This document shows, in pieces, positions 36,955-45,344 of a stretch of DNA of 64,000 bases. The position numbers and the translations under genes are program-made. This DNA is from a virus. Lineage: Duplodnaviria; Heunggongvirae; Uroviricota; Caudoviricetes. The number at the start of each line of letters is the position of its first letter. Positions within the stretch are counted from its first letter, which is position 1. The stretch covers positions 1-64,000 of IMG/VR virus record IMGVR_UViG_2703718833_000007. One strand, written 5' to 3'. The notes under the pieces are model-generated. The model searched no databases. It saw only the letters and a program-made list of their open reading frames with translations, and was not told where the DNA came from.

Positions 36955-37665
36955 TTGGCCCCTTTATTTTTTATGGTGACAGTTATGATCCATGTTCGAA
37001 CAGGACAATTTGCGGTTGTTGTTGATGGCAGGCGTTACGAGTTTAACCCCTGCTTTGCTGCAATGGCTAAAATAGGCAGTGACAGAGAACTGGTCGAATA
37101 CTTCGCAACGGTGCACGGTGGCAAATATCCATCACGATTGCCAACGGATACAGACCTACGCAATCGCATTCTGGCGCGTTGTTATGGTGAACTGGTGCAA
37201 ACGTCCATCCACATACTTAAATGTTGCTCAGAATGCGAAATAGGCCCGTTATTGGGCGAATGTAGCTTTACTCCTTCTGGTAAGTTGAGACTTAAACCTG
37301 GATTGATGCCCACCAGCGACGTTATCACGCTTGCGCAGCACTGCATGTTCCACGGTTTAATTGGTGACGGACCGGAGGAAGACGTTGGCGATGAGCAGGA
37401 AGGCGACTATAAACAGACTTTTGACATCCTTGAATACGTTTACTCTGCCGTTGCTCACCTGGGATTGTCTGAATCTGAAGCATGGGGCATGACAATGACC
37501 GGATACAGGGCCGCTGTACGCGCTAAAACGCCACCAGACGAAAGAAACGAGAAACGTAAGCCAAACGTTCATATAAATAAACGTGATTATGATGAGCAAA
37601 TGGAGGCCGCTAAAAGGGTGCTGGAATTGATGAAAAAACGCGAGCAAGAAAAAGCCCGGAATTAA
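36955..37665 (+). CDS. putative tail assembly chaperone
   Basis: Position between tail tube and tape measure; basic C-terminus; start uncertain. Confidence 0.4.
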   Translation: MAPLFFMVTVMIHVRTGQFAVVVDGRRYEFNPCFAAMAKIGSDRELVEYFATVHGGKYPSRLPTDTDLRNRILARCYGELVQTSIHILKCCSECEIGPLLGECSFTPSGKLRLKPGLMPTSDVITLAQHCMFHGLIGDGPEEDVGDEQEGDYKQTFDILEYVYSAVAHLGLSESEAWGMTMTGYRAAVRAKTPPDERNEKRKPNVHINKRDYDEQMEAAKRVLELMKKREQEKARN

Positions 37666-37679
37666 CCGGGCCTTTATCT

Positions 37680-37982
37680 TTATTTGTATGCTGCAAATCT
37701 GCATCTTGCCTCATCCAGATCGTGAATATCGTACACGTTATCGTAAATGTAAGTTGCAACCTGTGCTTTCTGTACGTCAGTTGCGTTAGGGAACTCCATG
37801 CTTACAAAAGTCACTGCATCAACGTAGTTCTTAAACATTTTTTTGTTAACGCACAGTGCGTAAATCAATACACCAGGCCAGAAAATCAGCGCGCCAATGA
37901 ATGCCATGAGCATATTCAGATGTTTTTTCTGCGCTACAGCCATAGTTACTACGAAGCCGATGAGTGCAATTACCAGTTCCAT
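37680..37982 (-). CDS. reverse-oriented membrane protein (100 aa, two TM helices)
   Basis: Two hydrophobic helices then soluble C-terminal domain; opposite strand inside tail module. Confidence 0.45.
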   Translation of the reverse strand: MELVIALIGFVVTMAVAQKKHLNMLMAFIGALIFWPGVLIYALCVNKKMFKNYVDAVTFVSMEFPNATDVQKAQVATYIYDNVYDIHDLDEARCRFAAYK

Positions 37983-37992
37983 GATACACCTC

Positions 37993-38100
37993 TCATTTAC
38001 GTTTATCTTCGGTTGTCATTGCCAGCACTAGCACAGCCATCACATTAAATGCTAACCATTCTGTAATATATACATCTATAACCGTTTTGATTGCGTCCAT
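37993..38100 (-). CDS. reverse-oriented small TM peptide (35 aa)
   Basis: MDAIKTVIDVYITEWLAFNVMAVLVLAMTTEDKRK; below track cutoff. Confidence 0.3.
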   Translation of the reverse strand: MDAIKTVIDVYITEWLAFNVMAVLVLAMTTEDKRK

Positions 38101-38113
38101 TTACCCGCCCCGC

Positions 38114-38200
38114 TTATTTCTTGTTTTTAAGTGCTTTCAGCATTTCTTCGATAAAGTCGGCATAGTGCTCATGCTCGTTGGGTCGGTAGTAGTTTTTCAT
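38114..38200 (-). CDS. reverse-oriented small peptide (28 aa)
   Basis: MKNYYRPNEHEHYADFIEEMLKALKNKK; AAGAGGA RBS 7 nt upstream. Confidence 0.25.
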   Translation of the reverse strand: MKNYYRPNEHEHYADFIEEMLKALKNKK

Positions 38201-38276
38201 TTTCTTATCCTCTTTTGCTTCCTCCGGTTAATCCGGCCTTCTAAATCCCTTTACTCTATCCCTTTCCTTTAGCCTC

Positions 38277-38320
38277 TTTATACAAAATGTATTCGTTGAA
38301 GTGAAGCCATTTTGTATAAA
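38277..38320. promoter_or_regulatory. 13-bp perfect inverted repeat (operator-like) between reverse mini-operon and tape measure gene
   Basis: TTTATACAAAATG at 38277-38289 and CATTTTGTATAAA at 38308-38320, 18-bp spacer. Confidence 0.45.
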
Positions 38321-38357
38321 ATAGAGATCAGGATCACACTTTTTACGAGGTTAAATC

Positions 38358-40703
38358 ATGGCTACCAGTTTAGGTACAATTTATTACGAAGTTGATGCAA
38401 AAACTGGTCAACTTCTAGTCGCTCAGAGACAGGCTGATCAGGCTTTTGACAGTATAGAGCGCGGCGCAAAACGTGCCGACCGCCAGGTGAACACGCTTAA
38501 GACTTCAATCAAAGCACTATCCAGGGTCATCCATCTGTTACTTGCTGCGGAGGCTGTGCGCCAGTTTATTGACATGGCGGAGCAAGCAAAAATGCTTCGT
38601 GTCAAAATTAAAATGCTCACAGGTGACGCAGAGGCTGCAGGACGTGTTTTTGACGGCCTGAAAAAAATATCAAAGGAAACCGGGCAAAGCCTTAAAGACA
38701 CTGGCGAATTGTGGCAGGGCCTGGCTATTTCACTAAAGAACACTTCCGCTACGGAAGGCCAATTGCTCAACCTGGTTGGCACTATTCAGAAGATGGGTGC
38801 GTTAGGAGGCGCGTCAGCGGAACAGATGTCTAATTCTATGCGCCAGTTCCGCCAGTCTATAGACGGCGGCGTGCTGCGTGCTGAAGAGTTTAACAGCCTG
38901 TTAGAGAACACGCCGACCATCGTACAGACAATGGCCCGCCATATGGGGTTGTCAATGGGCCAGTTCCGCGCCGAAATGCTGGACGGCAAGATCACGGCTG
39001 AAAGGATGGTTAACGCGATTCAGGCAGCTACACAGGAAACAAACGAGAAGTTTGCACAGTTGCCGCGCACGTCCGGCAAGGCTATCAATGAGCTTAAAGT
39101 TGAGGTGATGGGACTTGTCGAACAGTTAGACGATCTTTTCGGCATATCAGATGGCGTTGTGTCGGCAATAGACTTAATCACTGGTGGCGTTGAGGGATTA
39201 GGTAAAGGCGCAAAATTCGCCGCAACATGTTTCAATACACTAAAAACGGCTGGCAGTGAGTTCATAGACATGTTTGACGACGTGGCTGTTAAGGCTGGCG
39301 AGGTGGCGGAAGAAATCATTAGAATGGTAACGCCAATCAAGGCGCTAATGGATGGCTACAAATGGATGAAGGAGATTGTAGGAAAGCAAACAGAAGAATA
39401 TAACACCAATTATGAGAAGAAATACGGTAAAAGACTTGGTAAGGGAATGCAATTTTGGGATGATTGGCAGGCCGTACTTAACCAAACAAAAGAAAACAAA
39501 GGAACCGACACCGCTAACGACGGCAAGATCACCGGATTCGAGCCGCCAGTAGATAAGCCAGGAAAACCGAAAAAAGGCAAAAAAGACAAGAAATCTGAAG
39601 CTGATCGGCTTGGTGATGAAGGTGTAAGTGTCTCCGACCAGTACAACAAAGACGCCGCCGCTATGCGTAAAGCACTGGAGAACGGCAAGGCCATTGACGC
39701 TGCGTTTGCTCAGGGCAAAATAACCCTCCTTGAGTACAAGGCAGCGCAAAAGGGGATAGGCAAGGAACTGAAGGACGAATTGGCACAAATCCCGGTAGAA
39801 GAATTGCAGGACAAATGGGCGCACATAGTAAGCCCGATGGATCAGCTTAAGGGCGAAATTGACCCAATCAAACAGGCGCAGAATGAATGGGCAGTAAGAA
39901 AGCAAATGTTATTAGACCTGGGCGCTACAGAGGCGCAACAGAGACAGGCGCAGTTAGAATATGAACAACAGATCCGCGATCTGAAGTGGGAGCAGTGGCA
40001 GGCGCAAAGCGACACAAACAGCCTGATCGGTGCTTGTGTTAGCGGCCTCAAAGGTGGCATGGGTAATGCTCTTACCGGCCTGCTAAACGGCACTCAATCA
40101 TTAAGCGAGGTTTTCGCCAACCTGGGAAGCAGCATACTTAACACCGTTGGCAACAAACTCTCAGAAATAGCCGCTAACTGGATAGCAGATCAGTTAATGA
40201 TGGAAACGCAAAGCAAGGCTACCCAGGCAAGCACTGCGGCTGGCGCTGTGGCTGCCCAGGGTGAGATCGCGGCAGCGGCGGCCCCGGCAGCGGCGGCTAC
40301 GGCTGCATCAACTGGCGGTAGTTGGGCTATGGCTGGTGCTGCGGCGCTTTCTGCGATCATGTCGCTGGCAACGTCAATTTTTGGCGGCGGGCGTTATAAT
40401 GGTGGTTCTGTGAATGGTGGTAGTCTGTATCGCGTAGGGGAACACGGAATACCTGAGCTATTCCAGACGAGCAACGGGCGTCAGTATATGATCCCTGGGG
40501 AAAATGGCAGGGTTATTCCTGGCCGCGATCTTTTCAGTGGTGGCGGCATTAATATGCCTGTTAACATCACTGTTCAGACCACAAACGGGTTTAGCGACGA
40601 GGACAGTCGCAGACTTGAGCAGACAATGGAACGTGTAGCGATGAAAATGATGGCAAGGGAATCGCAACGACCGGGCGGAATGTTGCAACCTCGCCGCAAA
40701 TAA
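38358..40703 (+). CDS. tail tape measure protein
   Basis: 781 aa; coiled-coil-rich with Gly-rich C-terminal region; position. Confidence 0.85.
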   Translation: MATSLGTIYYEVDAKTGQLLVAQRQADQAFDSIERGAKRADRQVNTLKTSIKALSRVIHLLLAAEAVRQFIDMAEQAKMLRVKIKMLTGDAEAAGRVFDGLKKISKETGQSLKDTGELWQGLAISLKNTSATEGQLLNLVGTIQKMGALGGASAEQMSNSMRQFRQSIDGGVLRAEEFNSLLENTPTIVQTMARHMGLSMGQFRAEMLDGKITAERMVNAIQAATQETNEKFAQLPRTSGKAINELKVEVMGLVEQLDDLFGISDGVVSAIDLITGGVEGLGKGAKFAATCFNTLKTAGSEFIDMFDDVAVKAGEVAEEIIRMVTPIKALMDGYKWMKEIVGKQTEEYNTNYEKKYGKRLGKGMQFWDDWQAVLNQTKENKGTDTANDGKITGFEPPVDKPGKPKKGKKDKKSEADRLGDEGVSVSDQYNKDAAAMRKALENGKAIDAAFAQGKITLLEYKAAQKGIGKELKDELAQIPVEELQDKWAHIVSPMDQLKGEIDPIKQAQNEWAVRKQMLLDLGATEAQQRQAQLEYEQQIRDLKWEQWQAQSDTNSLIGACVSGLKGGMGNALTGLLNGTQSLSEVFANLGSSILNTVGNKLSEIAANWIADQLMMETQSKATQASTAAGAVAAQGEIAAAAAPAAAATAASTGGSWAMAGAAALSAIMSLATSIFGGGRYNGGSVNGGSLYRVGEHGIPELFQTSNGRQYMIPGENGRVIPGRDLFSGGGINMPVNITVQTTNGFSDEDSRRLEQTMERVAMKMMARESQRPGGMLQPRRK

Positions 40704-40709
40704 ACAAAA

Positions 40710-40736
40710 CCCCGGTACAATGCCGGGGCTATTTTT
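40710..40736. terminator. bidirectional rho-independent terminator
   Basis: CCCCGG-TACAATG-CCGGGG hairpin flanked by A-run and T-run. Confidence 0.55.
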
Positions 40737-40929
40737 AGTTGTTCTCAAAACTTGTATATCCTCTTTCAATTTTTCCACCGTGTACGCTTCTGGCAAATAC
40801 CGCGTCAGTATACCTGAAAAATGGGCATGTATATGTATCCCCTTTACTATCCATATATTTTAGCACCCATGCTATGCGTTTTACGTTGCTTTTATTTGCC
40901 GGATTTTTCATTTTATTTTTCCTCCGCAA
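40735..40929 (-). CDS. hypothetical protein, last gene of reverse cassette
   Basis: 64-aa track ORF; two further micro-ORFs possible between it and HNH gene, including 41013-41162. Confidence 0.3.
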   Translation of the reverse strand: MRRKNKMKNPANKSNVKRIAWVLKYMDSKGDTYTCPFFRYTDAVFARSVHGGKIERGYTSFENN

Positions 40930-41174
40930 ATCACAATCTTCCGTTTCTTGCTATATAGCTGCGAGCAAACATCACCTGCCAGATGTTCCAAATCTCACGC
41001 CACGTAAATTCATCATCTTCCATATCTCACACCATCGCGCTTGTATGGTTCGCCATCAGCAAACGGGATTAACTCATCGTTTGCCACCATTCGATTAAAC
41101 CAGTCTTTCAGAACAACCAGGGAGAACCGGATCCCGTAACTGTGCAATTCGCGCCACCTCATTTATGTGCCACC

Positions 41175-41681
41175 CTATTTACCGTGATTTGGATGAAAAC
41201 CGTATTTAATTTCGGATTCTTGCCTTGCCTTGATTGCATCATCTTTGCTTTTGAATACCCCTAAATGTTTTAATTTTCCGTTGATTCTGATAACTGCGCA
41301 CCATTTACGCAATCTTTCAAGCCAATAAACACCAGCACAGCCGGATTTATTATTATGGTTGCGACTTCTGTTGTGGTTATTGTCTTGGCAGGTAACTAGC
41401 CGCAAATTTTCTATATGGTTGTTTACCTTATTGTGATCGATATGATCTATTTCCATTCCTTCCGGGATTGGTCCGTTGTGCATTTCCCATATAATTCTAT
41501 GCTCTTGGTATATCCTCCTGTTAAACCCTACATGTATATACCCACTTCGTTTATGAAGGCACCCGGCTCGCTTTCCCGCATATCTTGAATTCCAGGTTTT
41601 GGAAACGCCATTTCTTGGCTTCCATAATATAGCGCCGTCACTGTATATAAAATAATCATTCCAGTTAATTACTTGTGACAT
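41175..41681 (-). CDS. HNH endonuclease with AP2 domain, copy 5
   Basis: IDHIDHN HNH_3 motif, AP2-like segment, C-terminal KYGFHPNHGK. Confidence 0.8.
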   Translation of the reverse strand: MSQVINWNDYFIYSDGAILWKPRNGVSKTWNSRYAGKRAGCLHKRSGYIHVGFNRRIYQEHRIIWEMHNGPIPEGMEIDHIDHNKVNNHIENLRLVTCQDNNHNRSRNHNNKSGCAGVYWLERLRKWCAVIRINGKLKHLGVFKSKDDAIKARQESEIKYGFHPNHGK

Positions 41682-41923
41682 CCGCGCACCCCTGACAATT
41701 CATTAAATTTGTGATGCTCGACGATTACCCATGCTTTCAAGTCCTGGCTATAAACACGCCAATCTAAATTGGCGCGGAAGGCGTAGCCGTAGCCGTCCTT
41801 TAATTTTTTGGGTGCAACATCCTTGTTTAAAAACGCGTTCAGAAGTGCTTTTGCTTTTTTGATTACGTGTCCAGGTGCGTTTTTCTGTGCTTTAAGATTT
41901 TTGTCAATCATTACCAATTTCAT
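41669..41923 (-). CDS. RelE/ParE-superfamily-like small protein (putative toxin)
   Basis: 84 aa; pattern LKDGYGYAFRANLDWRVYSQ...WVIVEHHK resembles RelE/YoeB-type fold; tentative. Confidence 0.35.
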   Translation of the reverse strand: MKLVMIDKNLKAQKNAPGHVIKKAKALLNAFLNKDVAPKKLKDGYGYAFRANLDWRVYSQDLKAWVIVEHHKFNELSGVRGCHK

Positions 41924-41943
41924 AACTCACCCCACGCAATCCA

Positions 41944-42150
41944 TTAGTTGACCACTTTCAGGAAGAAATCACGGTATTCATCTTCTTTTGCGTTCATCAT
42001 GAATTGACCGTATTTGAATGCGTCATCAAAGCCTTTTACAATCGCCACTTCCACCTGTTCGAATGCTTTGTTTAGCATTACCACTACATAGCGTTTCATG
42101 ATGCCCCCCCTTTGTTGGTACTTCTTTCTCTTCTTGCTTTCTATATACAT
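41944..42150 (-). CDS. small hypothetical protein upstream of RelE-like gene
   Basis: 68-aa track ORF; internal Met gives 51 aa; first gene of reverse cassette. Confidence 0.35.
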   Translation of the reverse strand: MYIESKKRKKYQQRGGIMKRYVVVMLNKAFEQVEVAIVKGFDDAFKYGQFMMNAKEDEYRDFFLKVVN

Positions 42151-42269
42151 CTTGTTATGTCCTGTGTGAAGCCATTTTGTAAACTGGGTATAATTCTTGT
42201 GACGAAGTTCTCATTTTTCGCGTAGAAGCGCGTAAAGATGTATGCAATATGTAACTTATAGGGGGAATC

Positions 42270-42623
42270 ATGCCGGAAGTTTTCAGATGGACGCCACAAA
42301 GAAGCTACAGCGTGACCAGGGAACCAAATGTGTCGGTCGTTAAACTTGGTGATGGTTATGAACAGCGCCAGGCGAAAGGGATTAACACGTTGCTTGATAG
42401 CTACACCCTGGTTTTTAAAGGCAGTAGCGCAGGATGCGGTGATGGTGGGAACGTGGCGATCCAGGCAGAAGCATTCTTGAGGGCGCGCGGCGCTGTCGAG
42501 GCTTTTTACTGGTCGCCGTCTATGGATGGCGTGCAAAGGCTTTTTGTTTGCCGTAGCTGGAGTATGACAAAAGACGGGCCTGTATACACGCTAAACGCAA
42601 CATTTGAGCAAGTTGTCAGCTAG
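42270..42623 (+). CDS. minor tail protein M (lambda gpM-like)
   Basis: 117 aa; recalled similarity and position before L/K/I/J. Confidence 0.75.
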   Translation: MPEVFRWTPQRSYSVTREPNVSVVKLGDGYEQRQAKGINTLLDSYTLVFKGSSAGCGDGGNVAIQAEAFLRARGAVEAFYWSPSMDGVQRLFVCRSWSMTKDGPVYTLNATFEQVVS

Positions 42624-42820
42624 TGGGGGTTAATATGTACGGGACTTGTGTAGTTGACAAAACTGACGCATTTACATTATTTGACGACTATGAGATCAAC
42701 GACCTTACTGTAAAGGCTGACAATGGCGATACATGGTATCTTCATGATGTTGGTGACGGGTATGTGGGGTGCAGATCCAGAGAAGGCAAGGAGGTTTTAT
42801 TTTTGGTTGATGGCGTATAA
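42623..42820 (+). CDS. hypothetical protein (65 aa)
   Basis: Coupled to M (ATGA-type overlap). Confidence 0.4.
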   Translation: MGVNMYGTCVVDKTDAFTLFDDYEINDLTVKADNGDTWYLHDVGDGYVGCRSREGKEVLFLVDGV

Positions 42821-42826
42821 TAACAA

Positions 42827-42850
42827 CCCCGCTTCGCGCGGGGTTTTCTT
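42827..42850. terminator. rho-independent terminator
   Basis: CCCCGC-TTCGC-GCGGGG hairpin plus TTTT. Confidence 0.5.
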
Positions 42851-42851
42851 G

Positions 42852-42989
42852 TCAGTAGTGAATGTACATCAAACTCATTGGGTGAGCGTGCGCCATATTA
42901 TTGGCTATCGCCGCCCAGTCCCAATCGGCAGCATGAACGCCAAATACTATCAGTCCCATTATTATTAGCGCCAAAACTTCTATTTTCAT
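42852..42989 (-). CDS. reverse-oriented small membrane peptide (45 aa)
   Basis: MKIEVLALIIMGLIVFGVHAADWDWAAIANNMAHAHPMSLMYIHY; AGGTGA RBS 6 nt upstream. Confidence 0.3.
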   Translation of the reverse strand: MKIEVLALIIMGLIVFGVHAADWDWAAIANNMAHAHPMSLMYIHY

Positions 42990-42999
42990 AATCTGTCAC

Positions 43000-43248
43000 C
43001 TATAAGTTATCACGCAGGTAATTAACGCCCTTATCAGTGACGAATGAATGGTTGACCTGGTTTTCATCCGTCATAATGATGAATAACTTTTCTTGTAGGT
43101 ACTTAGCTTTCGGGTACAGCGTTAAACAGACCTGGTACAGTATCCCGCGCTCAATCAGCAAATCAATAAATTCGTGCTCATGATAACCGATGATGCGAGC
43201 GGCCTGTTTCAACGTGTACACATAATCGCCGTGATTGCGCCGCGCCAT
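43000..43248 (-). CDS. hypothetical protein (82 aa), reverse cassette
   Basis: Operon-context ORF on opposite strand within tail module. Confidence 0.4.
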   Translation of the reverse strand: MARRNHGDYVYTLKQAARIIGYHEHEFIDLLIERGILYQVCLTLYPKAKYLQEKLFIIMTDENQVNHSFVTDKGVNYLRDNL

Positions 43249-43257
43249 ATTGCCGCC

Positions 43258-43608
43258 TTATTTATCGAACGCAGACAAATTATCGATACAGAAATCTTTT
43301 GCCGCTTTTTCGTATTCGCGTTTTGCTTCTGGAACGTCAACCGGAAAACCTTTTGCGTGTATTTCACCAGGGCAAGACTGATCCATAGAATCCGCAAAAT
43401 TAACATTGAAGCTAACATCAATATCTTTAGGGTTCATCTCTTCCACCATATCAGGTACTTGGACCGGAGTAATATCAAAATCACGAGCGTTAGACCAACA
43501 GCGAAGTAATTCGCGACCTTCATCACGCGCCGCAGCATATGTGTCAAATAGGCCCATGCGTTCCCATTCACATTTATCAGTCCAAATTTCTAAACTATAT
43601 TTTTGCAT
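43258..43608 (-). CDS. hypothetical protein (116 aa), reverse cassette
   Basis: Operon-context ORF. Confidence 0.4.
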   Translation of the reverse strand: MQKYSLEIWTDKCEWERMGLFDTYAAARDEGRELLRCWSNARDFDITPVQVPDMVEEMNPKDIDVSFNVNFADSMDQSCPGEIHAKGFPVDVPEAKREYEKAAKDFCIDNLSAFDK

Positions 43609-43621
43609 TTTTGTTAACCTC

Positions 43622-43795
43622 TCATTTGACAGGTTCTATCCTGTACCCCAAAACGCGGTCATCCTCAGCAAGTAAAAGCGCGTCAGTAAGTGCCTCGCCT
43701 TCATCCTTATACAGAGCTACAGTCATTTCCCTGCCATCCGCTAGGAATACCTTCAATCTCCACACCTTATCAACCATCTCACACCTCCGCGCCAT
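43622..43795 (-). CDS. hypothetical protein (57 aa), first gene of reverse cassette
   Basis: Start at ATG 43795 with AGGG RBS; track gives longer 43852 start that would include the palindrome. Confidence 0.35.
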   Translation of the reverse strand: MARRCEMVDKVWRLKVFLADGREMTVALYKDEGEALTDALLLAEDDRVLGYRIEPVK

Positions 43796-43820
43796 TTTGT
43801 TAACCCTGCTTTCTTTTGAG

Positions 43821-43838
43821 TACAATATACATATTGTA
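43821..43838. promoter_or_regulatory. operator-like palindrome upstream of reverse cassette
   Basis: TACAATAT-AC-ATATTGTA, 8-bp inverted arms. Confidence 0.4.
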
Positions 43839-43905
43839 AAAAGCGCTATCAACCGTTTTGGTATGATTTAGCGTGACGGCGATCACAAAATGACAAGGTG
43901 ATAAA

Positions 43906-44610
43906 ATGCGCAGCATACCTACAGAAATGATTATTGATTCCGTGGATTCCGGAGTCGGCGCGGTAATTGACTTGTTTGAATTGGACCTCACGCCCCTGGG
44001 TGGCGAGGTTATCCGCTTCCATTCCGGCGCGAATGGCTATTACGGCCCGGTTATCTGGAAGGGAGTGGCTTACAACAGCTACCCAATCGAGGTAACTGGC
44101 TTCGAAATGAAAAACGAAGGCGTTTACTCACGCCCACAAATGGTAGTAGCTAACATTGGCGGGCTAATCACTGGGATGAATAACGATTTTAACGACCTTC
44201 GAGGAATGAAGGTTACGCGCCGCCAGGTGGAAGTAAAATACCTTGACGCTATCAACTTCCCCAACGGCAACCCAGATGCAGATCCATCTATTGAGGCTGT
44301 ATCTTTTTACGTCGTTGAGGCGATGAGCGAAGAAACAGCCGACCAGGTGCAATATGAACTATCAACGCCAATTGATGCTGATAAAGCTGTTATCCCTGGG
44401 CGCACAATTCTCGCTGACGTTTGCCAATGGCAGTATCGCGGAGACGGTTGCGGATATAGTGGCGGCCCTGTAGCTACTGATAAAGACGAATCGACCAGCG
44501 ATCCAAAGATGGACAAATGCAGCCACCGCCTAAGCGGTTGCCGTTTGCGTTTCCCGCGCCCGAATCCGTTACCAATTTCATGTTTCCCTGGATCGAGCAA
44601 GGTGGGTTGA
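43906..44610 (+). CDS. minor tail protein L (lambda gpL-like)
   Basis: 234 aa; recalled lambda L similarity including C-terminal Cys cluster. Confidence 0.8.
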   Translation: MRSIPTEMIIDSVDSGVGAVIDLFELDLTPLGGEVIRFHSGANGYYGPVIWKGVAYNSYPIEVTGFEMKNEGVYSRPQMVVANIGGLITGMNNDFNDLRGMKVTRRQVEVKYLDAINFPNGNPDADPSIEAVSFYVVEAMSEETADQVQYELSTPIDADKAVIPGRTILADVCQWQYRGDGCGYSGGPVATDKDESTSDPKMDKCSHRLSGCRLRFPRPNPLPISCFPGSSKVG

Positions 44611-44612
44611 TT

Positions 44613-45344
44613 ATGACGCTTGAAGATAAAATGATTCGCTATGCAGCAGCCCACCCAGAAGAGGAGGTGTGCGGGCTGGTGATAGATAACGATTATTTTT
44701 ACCCATGCTTAAACGTATCTGAAGCGCCGCACAACAGCTTTAAAATCTCGCCTGACGATTATATCAAAGCTGACGAATTAGGCGTTATAACAGCCGTTTT
44801 CCACTCACATACTAATGATTCATTGGTATTGTCAGCACGGGATCGACAACAGCAGGTTATTTCCGGCCTGCCGTGGTTTTTGTGTTCCGGTGGCAGGGTG
44901 AGAAAATTCCGCCCGGTGGCGCACCTGTTAGGCCGTAAATTTGAGCACGGGAAAACGGATTGTTACTCGCTTTTCCGTGACGCCTATCACCTTTGCGGCG
45001 TGGATCTGCCGGACTTTGAGCGCCACGATGGGTGGTGGCTGCGTGGGGAAAACCTGTACATAAAAAACCTGCCATTGAACGGTTTTTACATGGTTGACGC
45101 GCAAAGCATTCAGCCCGGTGACGTGATTATCCGCCAGCCGTTTAAAGGCGCTGACCCATGTCACGCGATGATTTACCTGGGCGACAACACTGTTTTGCAT
45201 CATGACAATGCCGGACTGTTAAGCCGCCGCGAGCAAATGCGGCCAGCTTATGTTAGGCAGACTAATTCAATATGGAGATCTGACAAATGCTCAAATTTAG
45301 ATTTACGGGCAATCTTCGAAGATATTACGGCAAGGTGTGTTTAA
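44613..45344 (+). CDS. tail assembly protein K (MPN/JAB plus NlpC/P60-like)
   Basis: Start ATG 44613; JAMM-like HSHT motif; lambda gpK-like. Confidence 0.75.
   Translation: MTLEDKMIRYAAAHPEEEVCGLVIDNDYFYPCLNVSEAPHNSFKISPDDYIKADELGVITAVFHSHTNDSLVLSARDRQQQVISGLPWFLCSGGRVRKFRPVAHLLGRKFEHGKTDCYSLFRDAYHLCGVDLPDFERHDGWWLRGENLYIKNLPLNGFYMVDAQSIQPGDVIIRQPFKGADPCHAMIYLGDNTVLHHDNAGLLSRREQMRPAYVRQTNSIWRSDKCSNLDLRAIFEDITARCV

Noticed and set aside
40739-41098. Plus-strand 119-aa track ORF after the tape measure gene
   Set aside because: Lies downstream of a strong terminator, opposite to the HNH cassette, with a hydrophobic low-complexity translation and no RBS.
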